Source of the DNA: Heteronotia binoei
Lineage: Eukaryota
Length of the DNA: 64,000 nucleotides
Reading direction: 5' to 3'
NCBI RefSeq assembly: GCF_032191835.1
Contig: NC_083237.1
Span: forward strand, 8,618,001-8,682,000
How positions within the stretch are numbered: the stretch's first letter is position 1; each line of letters begins with the position of its first letter. The notes under the pieces are model-generated. The model saw only the letters and a program-made list of their open reading frames with translations, ran no database searches and had not been told where the DNA came from. Of the stretch, positions 47,931 to 59,988 are shown piece after piece. Made by a program: the position numbers and the translations under genes.

Positions 47931-50900
47931 AGACTTATTCTGCAATGATAGCTTAGCCAGGCAAGACAGCAGTGGAGCTCTAGAGTAAAATAATGTAGAA
48001 AAGTGTATTGTTCCACAATATAATATCAAAACCCCCAAATATATATCTGTATTATGTACAATGGCAGGCTGTATACTCTAGGATACTTTATATGATCAGA
48101 TCTACAGTTGTTGACAGCTGAAAGACAAGATGGTCTCGCAGATCTGCATTCTTTCTTGAATCACATGGACTCAACTGAAATATTATAGAAACATCACAGG
48201 ACTTAACAGGCCTGATGACCCACCCCTGTGGAACTTCATCTCCTAGTCCCTGTTTTTAGGCACCCTCTAGTAGATTGACCATTTGTAAATGCTTGAACTT
48301 TAGAGACACATGGCTCTCAGATGGTTCATCTCTCCCTGCAGTACCTATCTTTGTTTATTTGCAATATCTGAGGCTCTCCAAGACCCTTCAAGAGGACTTT
48401 CTGAGCAGTCTGTTTACAGAAGGGGAAAGCAGGGAGAGGAAGAGTGGAGAGACTTCTTCTTCAACTACACCATCTTTCTGAGATTTATTTGCCCCTTCCT
48501 GTTCAGGTGCCTCTAAAGCTTGGCGGTGTCCAGAGGCATGACTCCAAAGGCAATGGCCAAAAGGTTCTTAGCTTCATGAATCTTAGCCTGTGGCCATTTT
48601 AGAGGAGCCAGTACCTGGGTCCAGGACCACCTGAGATAGTCTGCTGTTGGCACTACTGTTCTATTGTTTATTAGTTTGCATACATAGAGTCTCTTTTTTG
48701 CTCATATGCCACTTTGGGCCTCTTGAGGGGGAAAACTGGGGTACAAATAATTACATAAATACAGACATTTGATCCTTCAGCTCCTTATCTGAACTCTTCT
48801 ACTGGATCCAACACAGAAATGTAATTCTGAAAGATCCAGGGGAAAGGTCTGAAGTCAGATGAGACAAACAACCCCTCTGATTGGTTGGCAGAGTGTAGAG
48901 AAGCAGTAAAGTGGAGCACAAGTTGTTTAAAGACTAAAGTTGGTTTATCAAGAAGAGAACAAACTTTTTGGGAAAGAGGCGAGAGAAAGAGAAGTCTAAC
49001 TAGCTAGGAAAGAGTCAGTCAATGAACACTTCTCAGCAGAAGTGGGAAAGAACCCTAACTGAGCCAATCAGGAGACAGGAAGGAGACTATTTGAAAAGTA
49101 GTAGGAAGTCCCTAATCTCACTATACTAACTAGTCGTCCTCTCTGCAGGCAGCATGCTCTTGTCATTTATCTATGCAGGATAGACCTTGCATACTCCAAC
49201 TAGATATAAAGGCCCACTAGACATGATGGCAGCCATGTGGCTACCATGAGAAAACATGCACCAGTTTAAGTTATTTAAAACTACTTTTAAAAGGCAGTGG
49301 CATCCTCATGGTGGCCACGAGGATGTCATGACATCTAGTTTGGCCATAAAAGGATTTATTGTGCAAAAAATACAAGGAAGGAAAAAGACATTTTCAAATT
49401 TAATATAAATCTTGCACCGTTCTGTACATAAGGATGGTGAAAAAAAAGTATGCAGTAAATGTGTCTGTCACAACTGTGGATTCGCTTTCATTAGTGTGCT
49501 TACTTTGGCACACTGTATTGTTTTGTCCATTGGCTGTTGACAGTTAACCTGCCTCGGGAATTTCGTTTTGTTTTATTCCTGCCTTCAGCATTGCAGTCGC
49601 CTTTTGAATCTGATTGGAAGGGCAGAATCTTCCCCTGTGCACCACAGTGTCAAAGTAACGTTATAGTACAAAGGGCGGCATTTTGAGGCAACTATTTTTT
49701 GATAGAAAAGGAAGATGGAAAATACCTCAGAAATCATTAGTTATAAATGAAAGAACATCCCTCTGCTGAGACAACTAAGTCATAGCCAGTGCAGACCAGA
49801 ATTGCGTTCAAACTTCTTGGTGCATTTTCTCCTCTAAATAAGTATGTCACTCTTTTTTTAAAGAATGTTGACAAAGTTCTATCAGCACATTCTGGCCTTG
49901 GCCTTTGCTGTATATGAGATCAACAAAGCCCCCAAGATCTTGCCCAACGTCACCCTTGGGTTCCACATCTATGACAGCTACTATGATGAGAAGATGACCT
50001 ACCGTACCACTCTAGACCTTCTATATAAAGTGCTTAGATATTTTCCCAACTTTGAGTGTGACACCCACAAAAATCTAATGGCCGTCATTGGGGGAGCTGG
50101 CTCAGATATCTCCTTACACATGGCCAACATTCTCAGTCTCTACAAAATCCCACAGGTATGATCTGTGCACAGAAGAATTATGGATTTATTTTATATCTGG
50201 GAGTCATTCCATATTTCATAAGAAGGAAATGGCAGGTGGACCAATTGTTGTTGTTTTTTTTAAAAAATATCATGCGAGCAAAAGGATATCTTCAAATTGG
50301 GAATTTCTCCATAACAGCAGGTGTCTGAAGAAGGACACATAGTGTAATGTAAGGTAGTTTTAGTAACTTCCTTTCCCGGAGCCATTTTCCTGAAATTACT
50401 GACTTGAGAAGATTCAGGTGGAAGTATTCTTAAACCAGCAACATCTTCAAAAAAATTATTTTTTGGACTTATTTGCAAGTTTGTTTATTTGCTCTGTGTT
50501 GAGATGCTCCTTTTACTTTTTTTATTTGCATATCTTACTAATTACCTCTTGTTAATCTTTATTCATTTGTCATGATGCATTTTGATTAAATAAAGTTTAT
50601 TTTTAATTTAAAAAAAAGAATTTTTTTTTGCAAAAACAGACACAAACATAGAATTACTCTTCCTCGATCATTTCTCAAACTCTGTTCCATCTTCCTTTTA
50701 GCTCACATATGGCTCTTTTGCTTCTGAGAAGAGGGATACAAGGCATTCCCCATCCTTTTATCGCATGGTCCCAAATGAGGACCAGCAGTACATTGGGATT
50801 GTCCGACTGCTTCAGCATTTTGGATGGACATGGGTTGGCCTCTTGGCTGTGGATGATGACAGTGGATAACATTTTGTGCAGGTCATCGAGTCTTTGTTTT

Positions 50901-51633
50901 TTCAATATGGAATCTGTTTGGCCTTCATAGAAAGCATTCCAAACAAATGCAAATGGGATGTTCCGGCTGACTTTAATAATGTAATCCTTAATATCTATCC
51001 ACTCTTGACAGACAGCAAAGTCCGTACCTGTATTCTGTATGGAGAATCTAGGACATTTACAGCATTTAATTATCTTAGATTTCTAGACAGTTCTGGCGAT
51101 GAGGAAAAAATGTTTAGAAAGGTGTGGATTACCACAGCCCAGATTGATTTTGCAGTCACAGGCTTTCAAAGGAACTGGGATTTCCATTTCCTTCATGGTA
51201 CAATTGCCTTCACCATTCATTCAAAGGAACTGGGATTTCCATTTCCTTCATGGTACAATTGCCTTCACCATTCATTCAAAGGAGCTTCCGGGGTTTCAAA
51301 AATTTCTCCAGAACATAAAACCTGATTGGAAACAAGATAATAGTTTTCTCCGAGATTTCTGGGAGCAAGCATTTGATTGTTTATTTCCAGATTTCCCAGA
51401 TTTGAAGAAAGATAATGGGACATGTACAGGGGAGGAGAAACTGGAAAGCCTTCCTAGGACTCTTTTTGAAATGACTGTGAGTGGCTACAGCTACAGTATT
51501 TATAATGCTGTCTATGCTGTGGCACATGCTTTTAATTCCATGATCACATCCAGATCCCAGCAACCAGTAATGGTAGTTCATCAGAATGCTGAACTTCTTA
51601 ATCTCCAGCCTTGGAAGGTAAAGTATTGGAAAT

Positions 51634-52333
51634 GAAATGCCTTTTGCACTATGGATAACTGGTTAATTGGGTATGCCATTCACGTATGTTCCACTCTTGC
51701 CCTAGGTATTTTTTCTCCGGAGTTACTTCCTTCATATACTAGATCCTTAAAAACACCTAGTCATAGACGTGCTTTCACTCTTGCTAGGCTTAATTCTTTT
51801 TCCACTGCTGAGTTGACAGGTCATTTTTCTAGAGTCCCATACTCAGATCGCTTATGTGATTACGGGTCTGGAACTGTAGAAACACTTGGCCATCTTCTAT
51901 TACATTGTCATTAGTAGTAGATTCCTAGATCAATTTGAATAACTCCTGTTCTTATTAAGCACCAATTACCAACTGAACTTTGGATGATCCCTTATTTGCT
52001 GGCAGATACTAATTCTGAAACCACCCATTTTGTTACAATTTTTTTTAACAATAATCTTATCTGTAAAAGGGCAGAAATCTGGATTGATCTGATGGTAATG
52101 GAATCTGGCAGATATGTGGTTAACATGACAATTTTAGGTTTACTTAACTATGATAGGTTTTATTAGAAATTCCTGTTTTAACATTTTATTCACTTTTAGA
52201 TTTGAATATTTTGACTGTAACTTTTGAATACTATGAATATGGTTAGTTATGCTGTATACCAATGCATGTTTTGACAATTGTTACATCCTGATTGAGCTTA
52301 AGACCTTTGGTCATAGAAGCTAATAAATGAAAT
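51634..52333 (+). mobile_element. Non-LTR retrotransposon 3' fragment (same CCHC-knuckle type as 37390)
   Basis: RRAFTLARLN...DRLCDYGSGTVETLGHLLLHC; AATAAA tail; GGAAAT at both ends (51628-51633, 52334-52339). Confidence 0.72.
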
Positions 52334-52707
52334 GGAAATAGGTATGTCCATTGCTGGATTGTCATCTCCTCATCTGAAACCTCATTTTTAATGGTTTGAG
52401 TTTTATAAACTTGGTCATGTGGACATTCAAATTCAGTTTGGTCTGCATACCTAAATTCCTACTCCTTTGTGAGAAATATGTTTATTGGTGTGTGAATTTT
52501 AAATCTTCTGCTGTCTACCAATCTGCAGTCATTTGTTAAATTTCTTTTCAGATTAACAGAGCAGTCCCCATCAAAGTAACAATATGGCTTTCATGGCTGT
52601 TGGATTCAAAGCTGCCAACATTTGTGCCACATTTCAAAAACTCTTTTTGAATACTCTTTGGGATAGCTGTTGTTGTAATTTAGCTATGTGTGAATCATCC
52701 TAGTCAT

Positions 52708-52901
52708 CAGTTCTCCCTCTAAGCTGAGTTAGTGTGAGCTAGCTCACAGATTTTTAGCCTCCAGCTCACACATTTTCAACTTAGCTCAGGAAAAATGGCC
52801 ACAGAGCACAATAATTTATGCAGTAGCTCGCAACTTAAATGGCAGTAGCTCACAAAGTAGAATTTTCACTCACAAGACTCTGCAGCTTAGAGGGAACATT
52901 G
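52708..52901. mobile_element. hAT MITE
   Basis: CCCTCTAAGCTG / CAGCTTAGAGGG inverted termini; 8-bp flanks CTAGTCAT / CCAGTCAC. Confidence 0.75.
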
Positions 52902-53040
52902 CCAGTCACTTTTAATTTTCAGTTTCTTGAAGAGATTCATATATACTGTGGAACTGTTGTTTATGTTGATGGGTTAGGGATAAAATTGCCAGCTCTGACT
53001 CGGGATATTCATTGAGATTTGTGGAGGAGATTCACTTCTT

Positions 53041-53264
53041 GGGAGGGACGGTGGCTCAACGGCAGAGCATCTGCTTGGCAAGCAGAAGGTCCCAGGTTCA
53101 ATCCCTGGCATCTCCAACTAAAAAGGGTTCAGGTAAATAGGTGTGGAAAACCTCAGCTTGAGACCCTGGAGAGCCGCTGCCAGTCTGAGTAGACAATACT
53201 GACTTTGATGGACCGAGGGTCTGATTCAGTATAAGGCAGCTTCTTATGTTCATATATGTTCTTA
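53041..53264 (+). mobile_element. tRNA-derived MIR/Ther1-related SINE (Squam3-like)
   Basis: A box GGTGGCTCAACGGCAGAGC and B box GGTTCAATCC; TTATGTTC tail; older degraded copies precede exon 6 at about 7336, 10585 and 23360. Confidence 0.72.
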
Positions 53265-55116
53265 CTTGATAAAGATGTTCTGTAGGCCTATGGTGGTGGA
53301 AAGCGCTATCAAATTGCAGCCACTTTTTGGTAACCCTGTAGGGTTTTCAAGGCAAGACACATTTAGAGGTGGTTTGCCATTGCCTGTCTCTGAGGTCCAG
53401 CAAGATTGGGACTAGCTTGGGTAATCCAGTGCCACTTTTCTTGGATACTGTTAGATCTTTCTCTCAAAGCAGGAAAGCTTGAGAAGGAAGATTGTCTTAG
53501 TCCCAAACAGTGAAAGCAATGTTGTCTTAATGCCTTAAGGAAGGAGAAGGGTGTTCAGTGTCCTGACCCTATGAATAAGACTTATGTGGTTTCCTGATGG
53601 TCATGTTTCAGGAAATTATATAAGACTAATTGGTTTGGACCCTGCTTATGAATGAAAGACCACAAAGGAAGTCCAGTTTCATTACACAGAGGCAGACAAT
53701 TGCAAGCCACCTCTATTCACCTCTTACCTTGACAACCCTATGACATCATCATAAGTTGGTGTGATTTGACAACACTTTCCACAATCACCACCAGACCAAA
53801 ATATTCAGGTGGTCTTGGCATTCTATGATTTTAACCATCTGGGGAAATGCTAGGAAAGAAGCTGAGTTAAAAACAAATTCACAAAACACAGCTCATAATT
53901 AGCAGTCTGATCATGAAGAGAGAGAAAAAATCCTCTGCAAAAATTCATGCTGGCTCTCTGTGAGATAAAGGCAAGTATAACTCAGGAAACACATCCATAA
54001 ACCTCTGTGAAGACTCCAACCCCTTTTGTTTCATTCTCTCTATCAACTAGCTCCATCAGTTTCTTCAAGGCATTTCCTTTAACAACTCAGCAGGTGAAAC
54101 AGTGTCTTTTGATGATGATATGGCAATGGTGGCTGAATTTGACCTCACAACCCTGATCACCTACCCAAACAAGTCCTTCCAGAGGGTGGAAATTGGAAGT
54201 GTGCATCCTGATGCTGCTGAAGGAGAAGAACTGATCATTCATGAAGATTTAATTGTATGGCATGGCAGTTCTAGCCAGGTCTGAATTCTGAGATGTTTTC
54301 AAGAGCTATCCAATCCTTAAATAGGTGATTTGTTGGCAGGGGTTTTAATTTTTTCAACACATCACTATTCTATAGGAAATTTAGCTATTGTAAGTTCACT
54401 GACACTTCACTCCACCACAAACACAATAAAACCTTTGAAAAGATGTAACAATAAAATGCCTAGTTTCTCCATTCTTAATAATTGAAAACTGTTTTACATT
54501 TTGATCTGTGTGAAACACAAACATTCATGGAGTTTATGAGAATGGTGAAGAGCACTTATTCTATAGGATGAGATGCTAATTTGAGTAGTCAGTCTCTTTT
54601 CTTTCATCTCAACACTTTCCACAGACGAAAATAGGCTTTAAAAGGCAGTAACTGCAAAGATCTGGATAAGGCTAACAAATTGTTACAATCTTAATAGCCT
54701 ACATTTTTACATTGCAACTGTTCACTGGCTCATTTTTCAGTCAGTTGATAAACTGAATAATATTTTTTTTCCTATTTCCATGGATAGGTTCCTCCCCTTT
54801 CTATGTGCAATGACTACTGTCATCCTGGTGATCACAAGAAAAAAAAGGAAGGGGAGAAATTTTGCTGTTACGATTGTGTTCCATGCCCAGAAGGGAAGGT
54901 TTCAAAAGAGGAGGGTAGGTTGTCTTGTGTAGCTCTTCTGAGGGGGGTGGGGTGGGTATAGATGGTAACAAAAAGACAACACCATCAACATGCAAGAGCA
55001 AAAAAAAAATGCTGAACATTATTTTCATGTGTTCCTTAATGTAAAATTGGGAAATGTAAAATTCTTCAAGGGTCATGATTCAGATAGTAAACGAGTATTG
55101 TATGTTGGGTCTTCAC

Positions 55117-55872
55117 CAGGCCCGTAGCTACGAGGGGGCCTGTGGGGTCACAGTCCCCTGACTGCTAGCTGGGGCCCTCTGACTTGGGCCCCTAACCAGC
55201 CTCCAGTGCCTCGGCTGCATCCTTCTCCATTCTGCCGTCATCATACACCGTTGCTTCTGCTTGCTTAGGGGATGTGATCATACACAGTTGCTTCTGCTTG
55301 CTTAGGGGCCGGAAGAATTCTCTGATCCCTCAGCAAGCAGAAACAATGGGGCACTTTCAGCACCCAGGACTGAAAGTTAAGCTTTGAGTTGCTTCTGCTT
55401 GCTTAGGGGTGGGAAGAAATCTCTGACCTATCAGCAAGCAGAAACAACGGGGTACTTTCAGTGCCCAGGACTGAAAGTTAAGCTCCGTGTTGCTTCTCGG
55501 CTTGCCCTCCGACAGGAAGAAATCCAAATCAGAGATCTTGTAGCCCCAGAAGTCAGCTGTGACTTGGTGGTGCCTTCCACCCCCCCCCCTTGTCCCGCCG
55601 GGCTTGCCTAGCTAGATTATGCTACAGGTAAGGGCAGGAGACCATGCGGCATGTATCTAAACCTCTGAGTGGCTCCCCACCAGAGCTGCTGGAAGAGGGG
55701 TGGAAAGGGATCACCTTGGGGCAACTGTGGAGAGGGGGGAGGCTGTATGGCAGTGAGCTGGCAGCTTTCTTCCTCAGTGGTGGTAGGAGAGAAGGCCATG
55801 GAGGTTGGGACCACTGTGCCCCCTGAAAAAAATCAGGGCCCCCAAATTCTTCAAATCCTGGCTACGGGGCTG
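55117..55872. mobile_element. 756-bp non-autonomous hAT element
   Basis: CAGGCCCGTAGC / GCTACGGGGCTG termini; perfect 8-bp TSD GTCTTCAC (55109-55116, 55873-55880). Confidence 0.88.
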
Positions 55873-57650
55873 GTCTTCACTTAATTCAGGGGTACTAATT
55901 TAATTCAGGAATACTCAGAGCTCCTGCTTTTACAACTGATCTCCAGCTGGCAGAGATCAGCTCCTCTGGAGAAAATGGCTGCTTTGAAGGGTGGACTCTA
56001 TGGCATTGTACCATGCTGAGCCCCCTCCCCTCCCCAAACCCTACCCTCTCCTGGCTCCACCCCCAAAGCCTCCAGGTATTTTCCAACACAGACCTGGAAG
56101 CCCGACTCCCTGACTTTCTGTACTTGGTTCTGCCTCTGGTGGCAACCATGTTATGGTTGCATTAAGCACAAAACAAAGAGACATGCTACATGTTAATTAA
56201 TGCAATTCATTTTCATAACCCATTGGCTGATTTATTGTGCTTCATGGTTATATATTGCTTTTGGTGCATTTTGTGGTTGCATGGCAGCTACCTCCTTGTG
56301 TCAGAATTTCAAAGGTGCTTGTAAGCTCAGAAAGGTGAGGGACACCTAACTGAACTTGTTTCCAGTATTTATTTTTTCATTTACAGGGAGGCAAAAACTT
56401 TGCCAAATGCACTAAAGACAAAAATTATTCTTTTTTGCAGACATGGAGGACTGTATTAAATGTCCAGATGATCAGTATGCAAGTGAGAGCAGTGATCGAT
56501 GCATTCCCAAGACAATCAACTTTCTGTCTTATGAAGAACCTTTAGGAATCAGTTTGGCTTCAATTACAGTTTCTTATTCTCTCATCACAGTCTTGGTTCT
56601 AGGAACTTTCATTAGGCACAAAGATACCCCCATAGTGAAAGCAAACAACCGAGATATCACATACACTCTTCTTATCACTCTCTTGCTATGTTTCCTTTGT
56701 CCTTTGCTCTTCATTGGTGACCCAAGCAAGGTGAACTGCTTCTTCCGACAACCAGCTTTTGGCATCATCTTCTCAGTGGCTGTTTCTTGTGTGTTGGCCA
56801 AAACCATCACCGTGGTGGTAGCTTTCATGATCATTAAACCAGGATCCAGGATCAGGAAGTGGGTGGGGAAAAGACTGACCAACTCCATTCTCCTGTCTTG
56901 TTCCTTCATTCAAGTAGTCATTTGTACGATATGGCTAGGAACATCTCCCCCTTTCCCACATATTGACATGCAGTCATTGACTAGAGAGATCACTCTAGGA
57001 TGCAATGAAGGGTCTGTCATCATATTCTATACAGTCTTGGGCTACATGGGTCTTCTATCAGTCATAGGTTTGATTGCGGCTTTCTTTGCACGGAAGTTAC
57101 CAGACAGTTTCAATGAAGCCAAGTACATCTCCTTCAGTATGCTGATCTTTTTCAGTGTTTGGGTGACTTTTGTTCCTACGTATTTGAGCACCAAAGGGAA
57201 ATACATGGTAGTTGTGGAGATCTTCTCTATCATAGCATCTGGGGCTGGTTTACTGGTTTGTATCTTTTCCCCCAAATGCTACATTCTTCTGCTGAAGCCA
57301 GGGTTGAATAAGAGGGAGCAACTAATAAGAAAAAACTATTAAATATCTGCTGTACTGTATTCTTGGTATTTCTTCATTAGTTTCTATGTAGCTGATTGGT
57401 TTTAGATAAAATGCTGCCTAGGGTAGTCTTTGACATACAAGTGGCACAAGTCTTCATCTTCTTATTTGGGGTGTATACTGAGAACAAAAATTGGTATAGA
57501 TTCAGATCTGGTCTTCAGGGGATTTTTTTTAAACTGTGATTGCTTATTTGTAGGTAGGACATTACCATTTCAGGATTCAAATATATGTGTTTTTGAGTTT
57601 GGGTTCATTGTTTTCAATAGGAAATGCATGTGAGTATCAGGGGTAGCTGT

Positions 57651-58045
57651 TTGCCCCGCCCCCAGTCAGAAGAACGAGACAACACAGTATATTGGGTAAT
57701 AAACAGGGCAACTTTATTGAACAAGAACAGCCTGGGGCAAACTAACTACTACCGGACAGGCCAAGGGAAGCACCCCAGACCCTTCCCTGTCCGGATGGGC
57801 GAGCCACCCAGCCCCCAGCAGTAGCCCGTTTAAACTGGCTGCTGCCAGGCTGGCGCAGGCCGGGTATCCCCCAAGTGGCACTGCCACCCACCCAGGGATC
57901 GCCTGCCAAAGGAGGGAACCCTATAGCGGGCAAGACAGCAGAGAGCCGTACAGCCCCACTGCCGTCCGATCCCACTACTTCCCTTAAAACCGGGAAAACC
58001 GTGGGTGCACACCGAAAACCTGGATACCTACTTAAACTCCCGCCA
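57651..58045 (-). repeat. Ngaro repeat B2
   Basis: Direct copy of 58384-58777 (about 21 differences by eye). Confidence 0.92.
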
Positions 58046-58205
58046 AATAAAGTTACCAAACCTAACCCAACCTCAAGGCAAACAGTACAAGGTAGGCGAA
58101 AAACATCCTAACCATGGCCAATCAGTTAGGATGAAAAAATTCCTACCTGGCCCCATAAACTCGGTGACCGAAGAAGCCTGTACTATTGCAGGGTGGGAAG
58201 GTGGG

Positions 58206-58383
58206 CCAAAACCACCGTCGAAGTGCGTAGCTCTGGGCGTGGCTGGGCTTATAAAACCCCCAGGCCATACCCAGCAATGTCCCCAGATGGACGGAGGACC
58301 GTTTGCCTCGGCTCCATCCGGGGAGGCAAACGCGGCCCCCGCCCTATGCCGCTGAACGTCGGCACAGGCGGGAAGGGGCCGGA
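58206..58383 (-). repeat. Ngaro repeat A2
   Basis: Direct copy of 63497-63670 (about 23 differences by eye). Confidence 0.9.
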
Positions 58384-58777
58384 TTGCCCCCCCCAGTCGG
58401 AAGAATGAGACAACACGGTATATTGGGTAATAAACAGAGCAACATTATTGAACAAGAACAGCCTGGGGGCAAACTACCTACTACCGGACAGGCCAAGGGA
58501 AACACCCCAGACCCTTCCCTGTTCGGATGGACGAGCCACCCAGCCCCCAGCAGTAGCCCGTTTAAACTGGATGCTGCCAGGCCGGCGCAGGCCGGGTATC
58601 CCCCAAGTGGCACTGCCGCCCACCCAGGGATGGCCTGCCAGAGGAGGGAACCCTATAGTGGGCAAGACAGCAGAGAGCCGTACAGCCCCGCTGCCGTCTG
58701 ATCCCGCTACTTCCCTTAAAACCGGGAAAACCGTGGGTGCACACCGAAAACCTGGATACCTACTTAAACTCCCGCCA
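58384..58777 (-). repeat. Ngaro repeat B1
   Basis: TTGCCCC...ACTTAAACTCCCGCCA, duplicated at 57651. Confidence 0.92.
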
Positions 58778-58797
58778 CCACAATGCCAAGCCTCAGC

Positions 58798-59988
58798 TTA
58801 GGCACTTGGGCCCACCGGTTGGCCTAAAGCCAGCCGAAGCCCCATCTGTAGTTCACACAAAAATGCCCTGTTGCCCGTTACGGACAGGTGGACACCGTCC
58901 TGCTGATACAGGTCCACCCTATCCGACCTTATAGCAGGGTGGGGCAGGTACACGCCAAGGCCACCACAAAGCGCCTTCTTAATCGCCCTGTTGGCCTTAC
59001 GTCTAGCTCTCTCGGCCCCGGCGGGGTCCCAAGCAGCTCTCCACACCTGCCGAGGAAGGATGGCGGACCACAGTATGAGCACCTCGGGCCACCTGCTCCG
59101 AATCACCTTGAAGTCTTCGATCGCCTGCAGTGACAGGGCCCTCCCCTTCACCAGGCCGAGATCGTTACCACCAAGGTGAATAACCAAAATCTGAGGCAGA
59201 GGACGGTTCCTCCCCTGAAAAAGAAGTGGCAGGAGTCCGTCCCAGCGAAGGCCCCGACGCTCCTGCCACTCAACGACTGCCCACTCGCTGAGGCCCAACT
59301 GCAATCCAATGGGTGAGCGCCGGGCCTGGTGGGCAGCCCAAAATACCATGCTGTGGCTGGCGATCAGTATCCTCCATCTCTTGCCCTGTGCCACAGCACC
59401 TAAAACAAAAGAACAGAGTAACCAACATTGTAAAACTAACCCCAGACTAACACTTGCTGGGTAAAATTGGGTGAACATAACCCTTGTATGCCATGGACCT
59501 CCACCGCCCCACATGCTGAATGGCCAGTCCAGGGTACCCCATGGCAGCTGCTGTAGATGCCACCCCAATACAGAACGAATGGGTCCCAAAACGGACACCA
59601 TCTTCCGTAGCCTGAAATCGTCCGAAGCGTCAGGCAGACCCCTTATTTTACTAGTGAACGCTAGGGCTGCCAACTTAGCCCTGATGGTCTTAACCACAAG
59701 CCCCTTACCTTTTAAATATATGCAGAACTGCATAAGATGGGCCGCTGGTACCGGCCAATGATTGGCCAACCCTACCTGATCCCTAAAAGCCTGGAACTGC
59801 TCGACAGAGCGATCATAGGTTTTCTGGGTAAAAGGTGCCGGAGCTAGCATCATTGCCTGGTCAGCCTCGACTCTCCAAGCTGCCACATCTCTGGGGGCAT
59901 CCGGGCTGGCAGAACGTCGGCTTCCGGTGCAAGCAGTCGAAATCACTCCATCTGCCGGCGAGACAGAGTGTCCGCAACTCCATTGCAC
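58798..59988 (-). CDS. Chimeric ORF: YR N-terminal (SAM-like) domain fused by deletion to an SGNH/GDSL hydrolase (hydrolase domain about 58798-59399)
   Basis: N-terminal APFTQKTYDR...LAALAF; hydrolase blocks SHS, GLRW, HLGGND and DGVHL. Confidence 0.8.
   Translation of the reverse strand: MQWSCGHSVSPADGVISTACTGSRRSASPDAPRDVAAWRVEADQAMMLAPAPFTQKTYDRSVEQFQAFRDQVGLANHWPVPAAHLMQFCIYLKGKGLVVKTIRAKLAALAFTSKIRGLPDASDDFRLRKMVSVLGPIRSVLGWHLQQLPWGTLDWPFSMWGGGGPWHTRVMFTQFYPASVSLGLVLQCWLLCSFVLGAVAQGKRWRILIASHSMVFWAAHQARRSPIGLQLGLSEWAVVEWQERRGLRWDGLLPLLFQGRNRPLPQILVIHLGGNDLGLVKGRALSLQAIEDFKVIRSRWPEVLILWSAILPRQVWRAAWDPAGAERARRKANRAIKKALCGGLGVYLPHPAIRSDRVDLYQQDGVHLSVTGNRAFLCELQMGLRLALGQPVGPSA

Larger units (their letters stand above)
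45947..57342 (+). pseudogene. Vmn2r: V2R gene D pseudogene; exons 45947-46158, 49864-50155, 50702-51617, 54051-54278, 54788-54914, 56441-57342
   Basis: All six exons have canonical AG/GT sites and sizes 212/292/916/228/127/902; exon 3 has TAA at 50867-50869 (GAA in paralogs) and a 55-bp frameshifting duplication at 51165-51274; the other exons are open. Confidence 0.9.

Noticed and set aside
48270-49130. Possible additional LTR relic (GATCCTTCAGCTCC shared with 28452)
   Set aside because: Only a short shared word; no termini or TSD identified.
53041-53115. tRNA gene
   Set aside because: A and B boxes are present but continue into a SINE body and tail; no complete acceptor stem.
58303-58801. 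GC-rich + strand ORFs across the Ngaro repeats and antisense to its ORFs (for example 62513-63025, 63220-63807)
   Set aside because: Expected in stop-poor GC-rich repeat DNA; no domain motifs.
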